Positions 11,481 through 24,974 are shown, counted from the first letter of the stretch. The stretch: 64,000 nucleotides of DNA from Eledone cirrhosa (GCA_964016885.1 OZ024742.1:106144001-106208000), one strand, 5' to 3'. Numbers and translations: made by a program. Notes: generated by a model not told the origin, from the sequence alone.

Positions 11481-11542
11481 ACCGATGTCCTGTAATTCAG
11501 CGCCGAAACATCGGTCCGGGAAACATTTACAGCTGACGATGG
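11481..11542 (+). ncRNA. Candidate non-circularly permuted hammerhead ribozyme
   Basis: ACCGAUG-UC-CUGUAA ... CC-GAAA-CAUCGGU ... UUACAG-CUGACGA-U-GG; 8-bp stem III, 6-bp stem I, 2-bp stem II. Confidence 0.65.
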
Positions 11543-11632
11543 AAACTCCTTTCTTTCTTTCTCCTCCTGTTCCGTCCTAACCACCATCCTAAACCTTGTT
11601 TTTAGTAACCACACAGCTCCTTTCGTTTCATA

Positions 11633-11672
<40 letters not shown>

Positions 11673-11762
11673 TAGAAGTTGTATTTAATTTGTTGGAAGT
11701 CCGACAAACATAAATGTTTATAACTGATTTAGAGCACTCAACAAGTTACTGGAGTGAATATT

Positions 11763-12093
11763 CAATGATATTAAATATATGGAAGCTATATTTATAAAAC
11801 AATATTTATTTTATTATATATATTTCAAGGGCAACCAAGACAACATTGGTACGCTTTCATCAGATAAAATACAAAGTTTGTTTTATAAATAAAGACATAC
11901 CCATGAAAATCATACCTTATCGGTTGGAAATTCAACCGATAAGGTATGATTTTCATGGGTACGTCTCTATTTATAAAACAAACTTTGTATTTTATCTGAT
12001 GAAAGCGTACCAATGTTGTCTTGGTTGCCCTTGAATGATATATATAATAAAATAAATATGGTTTTATAAATATAGTTTCCATTTATTTAATAT

Positions 12094-12098
<5 letters not shown>
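11763..12098. repeat. Fold-back palindrome (~165-bp arms, centre ~11929) of a Penelope-like terminal repeat, lying between (TA)n tracts
   Basis: 11763-11926 is the reverse complement of 11933-12098 with few mismatches; each arm carries a hammerhead. Confidence 0.92.
11807..11871 (-). ncRNA. Type I hammerhead ribozyme; the mirror copy at 11988-12054 (+) has GAAA disrupted by a TG insertion
   Basis: Minus strand: UAUUUUAU-CUGAUGA-stem II (AAGCGUACCAA/UUGGUUGCCCUU)-GAAA-UAUAUA-UA-AUAAAAUA. Confidence 0.78.
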
Positions 12099-12154
<56 letters not shown>

Positions 12155-12186
12155 AAAGAATAGAGGTGTAACACACAAGTTATTAT

Positions 12187-12522
12187 ATATTGGTAAACGG
12201 AATAAAGAATGCTGACAAATTGTTCACAGTTGAAAAATGGTTTAATTAAGAATAAAAGAGTATTAGTAATTGTATGGGTTAGTATTCAGTTGTGGTTTTA
12301 AGTTTTTAAGTTTTTACCGGTTGCGCATTTCTAAATGCTTTTCAAAAATAATTTTGAGATAGAGTGTCCGTGTTGCTTGCTCAGAGCAAACAACACGGAC
12401 ACTCTATCTAAAACCACAACTGAATACTAACACATACAATTACTAATACTCTTTTATTCCTAATTAAACCATTTTTCAACTGTGAACAATTTGTCAGCAT
12501 TCTCTATTCCGTTTACCAATAT
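12187..12522. repeat. Fold-back palindrome (arms 12187-12300 and 12410-12522; inner hairpin 12357-12409), Penelope-like relic
   Basis: Arms are reverse complementary; the left arm keeps an extra 12301-12356 segment. Confidence 0.88.
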
Positions 12523-12619
12523 ATATATATATATATACAATGATATTAAATAAATGGAAACTATATTTGTCAGTGGACAAACTGAAAGAATTCAGCAGAT
12601 TTTTCTAGAAATATATATA

Positions 12620-12685
<66 letters not shown>

Positions 12686-13432
12686 TTCTAGAAAAATCTG
12701 CTGAATTCTTTCAGTTTGTCCACTGATTTACTCAGATTTGTTGTATTCAAGCCACGCAGCAGATTATTAAAGTTGTTAAAACAGTTCAAGTCTCTCTTGA
12801 ATTTAAGAATTGTCAGCCGAATTTTATTCCAGCTTCATGTCGTGTTGAGCGACAGAGAATATAATTGCCCCTAGACGGAATGTTACTGTATATTACAATT
12901 AAAAACCTGCTGCTGTTGGTACTGAGTAGACTGTAGCAACGAATAATATAGCAGGCCATTCGTAACCTAAATCGAACCCACGAATTTCTAATAGCAAATC
13001 CAACATCCTAAATACTAGGTCACAGACTTTCATAAAGGTTGAGCTCTAGTATCTCACAGTAACAAGTTCACTTCCCGTTCATGTGCTGGGTTGAAACCCT
13101 ACATTTCTCTCTCTGTTCTCGTACATTTAACCATGTATGTTATTTGTACATATATGCTGGACATTTGTTTCATTGCATCCCAGAAATAAATAATTTAACA
13201 TAATTTAACATCATTTTTTAAACACTTTCAAGCAAATCCCCCAATTTGTATTATGTATATATGGAATGCCATTTCAAGACTCTTGTCTTAATAAACATGT
13301 TCAACGGTATTGTTGTCATTGTTGACAGCACGGGTCCTCTAGTTTATCAAGTTACGCATATACCTACATTACATATGAATATACATGCCCAGGAGGTCGT
13401 ATGAATTGTATAAAAATCGTTATAACCTATTA

Positions 13433-13482
<50 letters not shown>

Positions 13483-13502
13483 CACACATTTATATATATA
13501 TG

Positions 13503-13583
<81 letters not shown>

Positions 13584-13584
13584 A

Positions 13585-13680
<96 letters not shown>

Positions 13681-13817
13681 ATATATATGCATATATATAC
13701 ATATATATATATGTATATAGATATATTTATGTGTGTATATGCATATATATATGAGTGTGTGTGTGTATATATATATGTGTGTGTGTGCGTATATATATAT
13801 ATATATATATATACACG

Positions 13818-13871
<54 letters not shown>

Positions 13872-13875
13872 AAAG

Positions 13876-13917
<42 letters not shown>

Positions 13918-14284
13918 ACAGAGAGATTAATGAATATAGGAATTTGTGTATTTAGGCCTTACCTCACACATTTATGCTTTCGTGTATCCCTGAGTGTGTC
14001 TTGCGTTTGTGTATGTGTGTTGGGTATATTTAACTTGCCTATCAGACCATATTTATCATGGGATATTGTCGGGTATAGCTACCCCCAGCAGATTTTGTTA
14101 CATATTTTCACACACCCCTACTTGAATTATCTAGCCCCACGTCCTGGAGGGTCTAAAGATATGATCCTCTCCTGTAGTGAAACTTCCAAATTGATACCCT
14201 AATATCCTATCACTCACGTGTTTCTCTTTCTGTGACCTATCTTTAGGTCTCCTCATATATCTGAAGAATCCACAGACACACACG

Positions 14285-14387
<103 letters not shown>

Positions 14388-14500
14388 ATATATATATACA
14401 CATACATACATACATACATATGTATATATATATATATAAAGTGAGAGGGAATAATCAATTTAGACATATAAATTGATTTGACTCTACGAACGTTTCAATG

Positions 14501-14576
<76 letters not shown>

Positions 14577-14589
14577 CATATATATATAT

Positions 14590-14735
14590 AGTAATAATAA
14601 TAAATTTGAAGACTAAAATCCAAAGAGGGCTCGATAAGGATAAATATATATCAAATATATAAGAACCGTAGAGCAAATATTTATTAAAATAACAGATTTA
14701 AGTTTAAGCAAAGAATCGCTGCTTTCACCCTTAAA
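14590..14735 (-). mobile_element. Penelope-like terminal fragment; same family as 15201-15247 and 26690-27008
   Basis: Reverse complement of the ~26865-27008 part of the 26.7-kb element; flanked by (TA)n. Confidence 0.7.
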
Positions 14736-14752
14736 TATATATATAAAGTTAA

Positions 14753-14888
14753 TTCCACAACAAAATAGGAAAGTAACCTCGAGGACTCGTGTTTCACCCA
14801 ATGGATTTTCAACTCCGTTGAATCCAAGATGAGAATCCGTTGGGCGAAACGCCCGTCTTCGAAGATGGTTTGTCAATTTGTTGTGGAA
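14753..14888. repeat. Degenerate fold-back palindrome containing the 3' half of a hammerhead (GAAAC...GUC)
   Basis: TTCCACAACAAA/TTTGTTGTGGAA outer arms; CCCAATGGATT/AATCCGTTGGG inner arms followed by CGAAACGCCCGTC. Confidence 0.65.
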
Positions 14889-14961
14889 CTCACTTCATAC
14901 AGATCTCATGCTATGGACTGAGTGCGATACTTGCTACCATTATAAACTCCCGGTATTTTAC

Positions 14962-15013
<52 letters not shown>

Positions 15014-15171
15014 ATACTGGGGAGGGTCACATTGTAATAATATTGCCAGAAATAATAACAGAACACACTCACTGTTTGGTTGGTTTTCGCTTCTGTATCT
15101 TTTATATCTCCATAGTTAATTTATTTGACAATCATCGTTTATCATTGATTGACCAACGGTTTAAAATACAG

Positions 15172-15208
<37 letters not shown>

Positions 15209-15246
15209 TAACAGATTAAAGTAAAGAATCGCTGCTTTCACCCTTA

Positions 15247-15310
<64 letters not shown>

Positions 15311-15390
15311 AGTAGTGAAGTTGCCGTTGAAAATTGAAAAAGTCATAGGAGTGAAGAGTGCTCTATGTAAGTGCCAGAGCTAAATTTAAT

Positions 15391-15531
15391 GTATAATAAA
15401 CAATACAATATAATTACCTCATTACCAGAGGTTTCCCGAATGAGACGAATACGAATGAGGACGTTTTTCATATTCGTCTTATTCGAGAAACCTCTGGTAA
15501 TGAGGTAATTATATTGTATTGCTTATTATAC
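15391..15531. repeat. Fold-back palindrome (~60-bp arms) with hammerhead 3' half GAAA-CCUCUGG-UA
   Basis: 15391-15451 pairs with 15471-15531; flanked by (TA)n. Confidence 0.85.
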
Positions 15532-15532
15532 G

Positions 15533-15587
<55 letters not shown>

Positions 15588-15899
15588 ATCAGAGTTCTTT
15601 CGTTGCACATCTGCAACATCATCAGTGGTACTATTATTATATTCCCTCCTATTGTATTGTATTGTATTGTCTATGCCATTTTTATTTTATTATATAAGAG
15701 TAATCATACAACTGCCATGGTATTTGCAAGTTATTCTTGAAATTACCTGTTTTCCTATATTTTTGTATATTTTATGAAGTCTCTGAAGATAGAGGTTTGA
15801 GTTATACATCGAGACCTAGAGATATACAGCAGTACATAGCAGAGAGGTTGAATAATTGGTAGTGTGAAACATAGCTTTACTATGCAGGGATACAGTGTA

Positions 15900-16780
15900 A
15901 TATGTAATATCGACGATAGCTTCTGACAGTGCCACTTAAAGAGACGTTTGCTACACAAAATGTGATAACTTCAGCCAGATCTACTTAAAAGGACCTTTGC
16001 TGCATGGGTTGCTGTTTGAACGCACCACTGTATTTGTTCAGCCGGACAAACGTATCTTTATTAGATATTTACTTTTGTACACGTTTCAAAGGTTTGGAAC
16101 TTAAAATCAGTAAGATTGCAAAGGAAAATATTACCTAACGTAAATATGGATGAAACAAACAAACGAACAATTATACATAGTTCGTGTTTACTGAATATAT
16201 TTTCCTTTGTCAATTTAACGTTAAAATATCGACTCACTTTTTTGAATCGATCTGATTGTCATCATCTGCGTATGTGTTACCCCGATAGGAAATACATGAC
16301 ATTTTGCAGGGCTTCCAAGAAGGGAAAAGAAGAGGGAATCATGCCTTGCCTGTTGCAGCTATATGAAGCAAGGCATGACGTTATCGAAATATCTATCCTC
16401 ACACCGGAGATCTTGTTTGAATAATCGCAACAACGTTGGATTTACTAAAGCTAGTCTAGGCCCCAGTTGGAGGTGTTAAATCTTCCAACGGATTACGTCT
16501 ACTCAAACTGCCACCTGGACGTCTTAACATATTGTACTAATATACATGTACGCCACATCTTTATTGCCAGACATGATTTGTTAAGATGTTTTGACTTCGA
16601 ACATATTATCTCCCATTTAAACTACGGTTATTTGGTGTATTTATGGGATATTTGGTAGATTTAGCTCCTACATTAAGTAGATCGAGCAACGATGTAAAAA
16701 TAAAGTCTTTACTAGATTGTGAGCGTGTGATGGTACTAAGGAGAAAATATGTGACTTTAGTATAAAACTGTGTATTTAGC
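15900..16780 (+). pseudogene. Possible highly degraded 3' fragment of an RLE-type non-LTR element
   Basis: Residual peptides HHLRMCYPDR..FCRA and LYEARHDVI resemble the zinc finger/RHD region; frames are broken. Confidence 0.3.
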
Positions 16781-17269
16781 TTTTAATTGAAAACATCAAT
16801 TTTAAATCACGTCAACAGTATTCAGTAATTACATAGTACAGCTCTTAACTTGCACTCATGCCTCGATTAACTTCTGTAAACTTTAAGGACAGAAATGAGA
16901 AGATTTCAATAGCAGACATCCATTTCGCACTATTACTTTCGAGGGTTGTATAAACTTGAAGGACGGCCACTGAGAATTTACTACAGCAGATGCTTAGCTT
17001 GTAGCATAACAGAATTGGATTCTGTAAACTTTAAAGGTTACCAAAGACGTTCCTGTGGCATAAACAGCACCTGTCAGATTGAGTTTATCACTTGCACTTA
17101 ATAAACAACTTGTAAATGGGGCACTTGGTTGGTGCTGATGTTGTTGTTGTTGTTATTGTTAGTGCTCTAGTTGTTGTATTTGTTACTTAAATTACGGGAA
17201 TTTGTCTTTATCACGTTATATATAATCACAACATATACAAGATAGATATATATACATACAAATATATAT

Positions 17270-17373
<104 letters not shown>

Positions 17374-17837
17374 CGTAGTTTATATACATATATACATGTG
17401 TGTGTATGTGTATGAATTTACAAGTGTCTGTATATACAAGTATAAATCTCTGCGTGTATATATGTGAGCATGTTTAAAATTTGTTGGCTTGTAAATACTT
17501 AAACGATTCATACACACATGCCAACGTGTGATTTGATTGCTTTAGGAATTAAATATATATACGTGTATATGTATATGTGTATGTCTATCATCACGCCCCC
17601 TCTTTCTATTTATATAACTCTTACTCTCACTCCTCCTCTCCATCCCCCGATTTACTTATGTATACAAGTATAGACACACATACATACACAATCACACATA
17701 AAAATATACATACATATATATATATACATATATACATATATACATATATACATATATACACATACACATGTATATACACACACATACATACACAAACACA
17801 CACATATATATATACATATGTATATATATACACACAT

Positions 17838-17903
<66 letters not shown>

Positions 17904-18367
17904 GTAAATATACACATACAAACAGAAATTTATTTGTATATATTTATATAAAACAGAATGTAATCAAATAAAAGAGGAAGAGCAAGGAGGTAGGGAAGTT
18001 TCAATGTAGATAGATATAGATATACATAGATAAATAGAGAGATAGATAGACCAGTCACAAAAGCCTATTTAATATATGTAATGTTTACATTTCAACCAAG
18101 TAGTGTATCAAACGTTTAAAGACGAAATTGTATAGTAAAACGTTCAACAGGAGAATCAATACGAAATTGACCAACAAATGTCAAAAGAAAGACGTCCGCC
18201 CTCAGATTTAAGCAACTTTGGAATTTGAGAAGAAATCATTTCCATTTTCCTTCCCCTCCCCATCTTCTAAAGCTTTCTTTCTTCATTTTCTTCTTCTGCC
18301 TTTCGATATTATAAGCAGGGCAACATAGTCATGTTAATCTATATGTATTTTACTATTTTCTTGTCGG

Positions 18368-18455
<88 letters not shown>

Positions 18456-19130
18456 AAGAGGGAGAGAGAGAGATCGTTTAGGCTTCTGATTGTTTATGTT
18501 CTCTACTAATTGCAAATATATTTATATATTTATTGTGTGATACATTGAACATGTATCTCAAACCTTATGTAACGATGTCCTCATATTTAATGTAAGATAA
18601 TACTAGATAACAGTTTAATATAAAAAGAAAAAAAGAAAATTTAGTTTGAGAAGAAAGAATGGAATGTAAAATAGGAAAATATAAAGAAAAAAGAAAAAGA
18701 AAAAAACCGGAAAAGGGAGGGAATGGCAAGGACTCTAGTGTTACAGAAGAATGGGAGGGGGTGATTGGGCTCTGGGCCTAGGGCGTGGTGGTAAAGGTGC
18801 ACCTCGCGGACAAGACCGCAAAAGCATTCTCGTGGACACATTTAGGCACAATCCCAGTAGTTGTGGTGGGAGGTGAAAGTCATGTATATCGACCCCTTGC
18901 ACTTAACAGGTATTTTATTTTATCGACCTCGGATAACCTTCCTAATAATAAAATGGCCTTTGAAGAAAGGTTTAACATTAAACTTCTCCCAAATCATAAC
19001 ATATAGGAGTTTACAGCTTTAAGTAGGCAAAAATATATTTCTGCGATATTTGAAATCAGAACGTAAGTAGACACCGTAAAGCATTTTGTCCGACGCTCTA
19101 TAGATTCTGCCAATTAAGACTATACTAGAT

Positions 19131-19279
19131 AATTGTTTCTACTTTTGGCACAAGGCCAGCAAATACCCAATGCATTACTGGTACTTTATTTTATCGACCC
19201 CGTAAGGATGAAAGGTAAAGTTAACCTCGGCGGGATTTGAACTCAGAATGGCAAGGTCCGTAACTCTATGCGTCAAAGG
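19131..19279 (-). mobile_element. 5'-truncated SINE family A with 14-bp TSD
   Basis: TSD CTATACTAGATAAT at 19120-19133 and 19280-19293. Confidence 0.85.
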
Positions 19280-19852
19280 CTATACTAGATAATATTATAT
19301 GGTATTTATCTAAGATTTACCAACTGTGTGCCGCTGATAATCATTAGATGCAACGCTAATATCAAGTAAAATTTGATCAGTTTTTATGAATATTTGATTG
19401 TGAAGCTTATTTGAGAACTGACAACCCAGCATACAATTACACCCGTAATTGGTGACCTGAGATTTGATATTTAATTGTTTATGCATTAAATTTCGCTAAA
19501 TTTCGCTAATTGCGTGACGTGTTCGAAAAAGTTTATTTTTATAAAGCAATTCGCCGGTATGAAACTTTTTGGAAAAGTTTCGTCTATATTTCTCTAAGGC
19601 TATTGTTGTTATTTACAATCAGTACAAATATAAATATTAACTAATTAATTAATCACCTTGCCAACAAATATTCGTTAAACAAATTAGATTGGCTATATCA
19701 GTTACATTCTGGTTTGTGTTTGACATGAAAATGTTTTTTTATGAGTTCTCTTAGTAGGGTAAAAGATAAGAGTACTTATCTTTTAATAAACAGCCAACAA
19801 GCTGTGAAACATGTATAAGGAATGCATTAGGATTGTTTTCTTTGTAAAGGAG

Positions 19853-20625
19853 GTTGGTTAGCAGAATCGTTAGTACGGCTGATGAAAGACACTGTAATAT
19901 TTCGTTACAACTCTGAATGTTCCGGTTTCAAGTCCCACCGAGGTTAATGTTGCCTTTCATTCTTCCAGGATCGATAAAATAAAGTACAACTATTGGGGGT
20001 TGATATAATCGACTTTCCTTTTCCACTAAAATATGGTGGTCTTATGCTTAAATTACAAGCCATTATGTATTTCATTGTGTGGAGTTTTTATTTTCACAGC
20101 GACGCTTATAATCATAAAAAAAAACTATAAACGTGTATGTGTGTGTATTACATGCTATTTGACATATAATACACCATGTCTTCTTATTCCTTTATCTCAT
20201 CATTATAGAATTGGCAGTATCGGTAGAGGGTCGGACACCATGCTTTCCTGCATAGTTACGTCCCTTTACGGTCTGAGTTCAAATCCCATCGAGGTTAACT
20301 TTGCCTTTCATCCTTACAGGGTCGATAAAATAAAGTACCAGTAATGTACTGTGTAATCGCTGGCCTTGTACCAAAAGTAGAAACAATTATAGTTATCATC
20401 AGAGGGTGGTGAATTAGCAGAATCGGTAGAGTGTCGGACAAATGCTTTGTGTTATTTGTTTCGGCTCTTTACGTTCTAAGTTTAAATCCCGCCGAGGTTA
20501 CTTTGCTTTTCATTCTTCCGAGAATCGACAAAATAATGTACCAGTAAACTACTCGTGTAAATATAATCAACTTCCCCCGTCTGCAAAAATCGCCGTACAT
20601 GTGCCTATGTCAGAAACAATTATGA
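19853..20625 (+). mobile_element. Cluster of three SINE family A copies (19853-20050, 20208-20388, 20405-20625)
   Basis: A and B boxes and the GCCTTTCATCC..GTCGATAAAATAAAGTAC domain repeated. Confidence 0.8.
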
Positions 20626-21258
20626 TTATCATCATCATCATCTTTATGAGTTGTAATGTGATTCTGTACATACTATATCAACGAGATTATACCTGTTTAC
20701 ATTAGCCTGCGTATATATTAAACTGTGTATAAATACTATATGTGACACTGTGTTTATATATACGATGATATACACTATAAATATGCATATACAGTCATAC
20801 AAACACACATATGCACAATACTAAGACACAGATACGCAAATGTGCATGCGTATAAGGGTATTTATGTGTTGCGTGTACATGTTCCACCGTATGTAAATGT
20901 GTCGCTATGTGCATGTATTTGTGTGGATGTGTGTGTGCGTGTGCACGTGTGCATACATGTATCTACGTATAGGTTTGTCGGAACGTGTGCACATGTATTT
21001 CTATTATGATTGTATGTGTATATATGTATATATGTATATATGTATACCTACGTATGTATGTGTGTGTTTGTATATATATATATATATGTATATGTATATA
21101 TGTATATATGTATACCTACGTATGTATGTATACCTACGTATGTATGTGTGTGTTTGTATATATATATATATGTATATGTATATATGTATATATGTATATA
21201 TTGTATATATGTATATATAAATGTATATGTATCTCTCTCTATATATATATATGCCTGA

Positions 21259-21290
<32 letters not shown>

Positions 21291-21295
<5 letters not shown>

Positions 21296-21412
21296 AACAA
21301 GTATGACCCCGACGACAGAGCGCAAGCCGTTTCGACGGCTAATTCTGGACTGAGTATTGAGTACTTTGGTGCGTTATGGTCCATCTGGTTCCTTACCACA
21401 TTTCCTTCGTTA
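21291..21412 (+). mobile_element. Penelope-like family H stub: inverted arm joined to a truncated tail
   Basis: Homologous to the 27023, 34271, 58985 and 60820 copies; flanked by (TA)n. Confidence 0.8.
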
Positions 21413-21506
21413 TATATATATATATATATATGAATGCATATGTGTATATATACGTATGTATATGTGTATATATACATATGTATGTATATGAGTATATATA
21501 CATATG

Positions 21507-21599
<93 letters not shown>

Positions 21600-21618
21600 A
21601 GCATACAAACACACACAG

Positions 21619-21661
<43 letters not shown>

Positions 21662-21693
21662 CATATATATATAAATGTATATATATATAAATG

Positions 21694-21787
<94 letters not shown>

Positions 21788-22230
21788 TATGCTAGCTTTT
21801 TCTTCTCTGACTCTTCTGTAAATCTTCCAATCCAAACAACGTGTGACGCCATTAACATGATTGATGGAATTAAACCAAATCAGAAAAAAACATTGAAAAA
21901 CAAAACAACCCAAGTAAAACTATAAATAAACAAGTAGAAAATGTGAGAAAGTAAAATAAAATATAAAACTCGTCCGTACACATACTAGTATGTAGTGGAG
22001 TGAGGTGGGTTTGAACCAGTGAAATGTGTGAGAAAGTGTATTAGTTGCAGAAATTTATGCCTTCACTGCCATATCATAGTCTACCTAGGTCGCGTGGCAA
22101 TATTTACAGTATTTAGTGTTTCTGTTATTTTTGTTGTTGTGGAGGTGGTAGTGGTACGAATGGTTTTACTGGTAGATTGCTGTTATTGCAGTTGTTGTTG
22201 GGATTGTAATGGTGTTAGCGGTACTGATGG

Positions 22231-22945
22231 CAGACCTTCCAACTTCTAAAAACTGAAACGGGGAGTTTCATGAAAAAAAGTGCACGAAAACGGGGAGAAA
22301 TGACGCAAATAATTACGTTAATGTTATACGTGTCTGTATAATGCTCGGCATTTGAATGTTAATTTTATGAACAGACTGATCGAATAACTGGAACACTCAT
22401 CGTCGAAACCGATGGTGATCCATCGTAAGTTGTCAAAGTACCTATTGCTACTAGTAATTTCGGGTATAAGCAGCAATATAGAGCAAGATAAGTTCTCATA
22501 GGTTTTCAGAATTGAAGATTTTACCATTAGATGTTGTGATATCTGCAACACATCTCACCACGCGAGGGCAAAATCTTCTATCCAGAAAAAGACTTCACAA
22601 TGAAAGGGCCTCTAACTAATTGCTTGTTCTTCTAAATATAGCAACCAAATTTTTTTGAAATCATATGCCCTGTGAATGAATGAAATTGGGTAGACGTAAA
22701 CTGTTTTAAGCCCACTTTTTGGGTTGGAATCTGCTAGACTATATAATATCTAGATTTGTCAACCTTTAAAAACCCAAACGTGGAGTACCATGAAGAAAAA
22801 TGCGCCAAAACGGGGAGAAAGGAGACAAAATGGAGAGATTTTACATAATGAAAGCTATACCCATTTTCACAAGAGAAGACATCTCTGACCTACCTCAAAG
22901 TAGGTGGGAGATCTCCCCGTGGGACGGGAAGAGTTGACAGGTCTG
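22231..22945. mobile_element. Possible non-autonomous DNA transposon (MITE) with ~14-bp imperfect TIRs
   Basis: CAGACCTTCCAACT ... AGTTGACAGGTCTG; diverged internal copy of the left end at ~22750; TSD unclear. Confidence 0.45.
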
Positions 22946-23137
22946 TGGTGGTATTTTTGGTAGATTATATTGTTGTTGAAGTTGTAGTGGTGGTTGTAGT
23001 ACTGATGGTGTTTCTGGTAGATTGTTCAGCTGTGGAGGTTGTAGTGCTGTTATACAACTTGATATCGTTGAGTATTGTCGTTGTTGTTGTGGTATAGGTC
23101 GTAGTTGTATTGGTGGTAGTGGTGGCAGTTGTATTTA

Positions 23138-23191
<54 letters not shown>

Positions 23192-23306
23192 AAGTAGTAG
23201 TGGTAGTAGTAGAAGTAGTAGTAGAAGTAGTAGTAGTAGTAGTAGTAGTAATAGTAGTAAGTGGTATTGCTTTTGATGTTGGTATTATTGTGCTACTGGT
23301 GGCAGC

Positions 23307-23349
<43 letters not shown>

Positions 23350-23465
23350 AGTGGTATTGCTGTTGATGTTGGTATTATTGTGGTACTAGTAGCAGTTGTG
23401 ATACGAATGGTAGCTTTGGGTGTTAGTGTTGGCGGTAATGTTGTTTATGTTTTATTATTGTGACA

Positions 23466-23851
23466 CTGGTGGATTGGCAGTATCGGTAGAGGGTTGGACG
23501 CCATGCTTTCCAGCATAGTTACGTCCCTTTACGATCTGAGTTCAAATCCCGCCGAGGTTGACTTTGCCTTTCATCCTTACGGGGTCGATAAAATAAAGTA
23601 CCAGTAATACACTGGATAATTGCTGGCCTTGTGCCTAAAGTAGAAACAATTACTGTGACACTGGTGGATTGGCAGTATAGGTAGAGCGTCAGAGAGCATG
23701 CTTTGCAGAATAGAGTTGTGGCCCTTTACGTTCTGAGCTCAAATCCCGCCGAGGTTAACTTTGCTTTTCATCCTTACGGGATCGATGAAATAAAGCACTT
23801 GTAATGGCACTGGGGGTAATTGCAGGCCTTGTGCCAAAAGTAAAAACAATT
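23466..23851 (+). mobile_element. Tandem dimer of SINE family A
   Basis: Two complete copies, separated and flanked by TTA(T/C)TGTGACA(C/G)TGGT. Confidence 0.88.
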
Positions 23852-24260
23852 ATTGTGACAGTGGTAGCAGTTGTAGTGGTACTAGTTGTGTTAGTGGTAT
23901 TATTGCGGCACAAGTGACAGTTGAGTTTGTAGTGGTAGTAGTAGTAGTAGTGGTAGTGTTGTTAGTAGTGTCATTCATTGGTGGCTATGGTGACATTACT
24001 GCTGCCGCTATTGCTTGACTGCTGTTGTTATTGTTGCTGTTGTTGTTGATGATAGATTTTATAAATGTCATTTCTGTTTGTTGTTGTTCCTGATAGTGAG
24101 GTTGTTATTGCTGCGGTCGTGCTGGCTTTTAGCGGCTTCAATAACTTTAATAGTGAGGCTAATGTTATTATTGCTATGGGGAGGGGTAAAGAACGAGAAA
24201 GCTAGAGGAACGGGAAGAAAGCAAGAAGGAAAGACAGTGAGTGAGAGAGAGAGAGGGGAG

Positions 24261-24291
<31 letters not shown>

Positions 24292-24530
24292 AAGAGAAAG
24301 AGAGCAGAACAGAGAGAATAACGAGAAACAGGAGATATAGAATCATGTGTATGTCTGTGTATGTCTGTGTATGTGTCTGTAAGCGTGTGTGTGGGTAACT
24401 GATATTACGCATATGTATTTATGTATGTGTATGTGTTTGTATATGTGAGATATTCGGGAATATCTACGTTTGCAGGTTTGCATGATGTGAACGGGACTTG
24501 TGAATGCATGTGTATATGTATGTAGACATA

Positions 24531-24643
<113 letters not shown>

Positions 24644-24974
24644 AAGTATATTATTATTGTTGTTGTCGTTATTCCTTGAATCTCAGTCATTGATGTTGGT
24701 TAACTGGAAAGTCCGTTGGAATGAATATCAAGCCACTACCTGAAGCCTCAGATATTCAGGACGTATCGGAGGGTTCTTGCTGTTCCAAGCAAGCATGCCT
24801 TTTGAAGCGTTCCAAAAAGCGTAAAGGGGCCGAATTATTGTTGTTATTATTATTATTATTATTGTTATTAATGTATGTGTGTGTGTGTATATATATGTAT
24901 GTGTATGTGTATATATATATTTCTTTTTTTTATTTTTATTTTCTTTTTTATTTATTTATTAATTTTTTTTCTTC

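Noticed and set aside
19879-19892. CTGATGAAA as a hammerhead core
   Set aside because: Lies in a decayed SINE head with no compatible stems
23466-23560. tRNA gene
   Set aside because: A and B boxes belong to a multicopy SINE head; no cloverleaf
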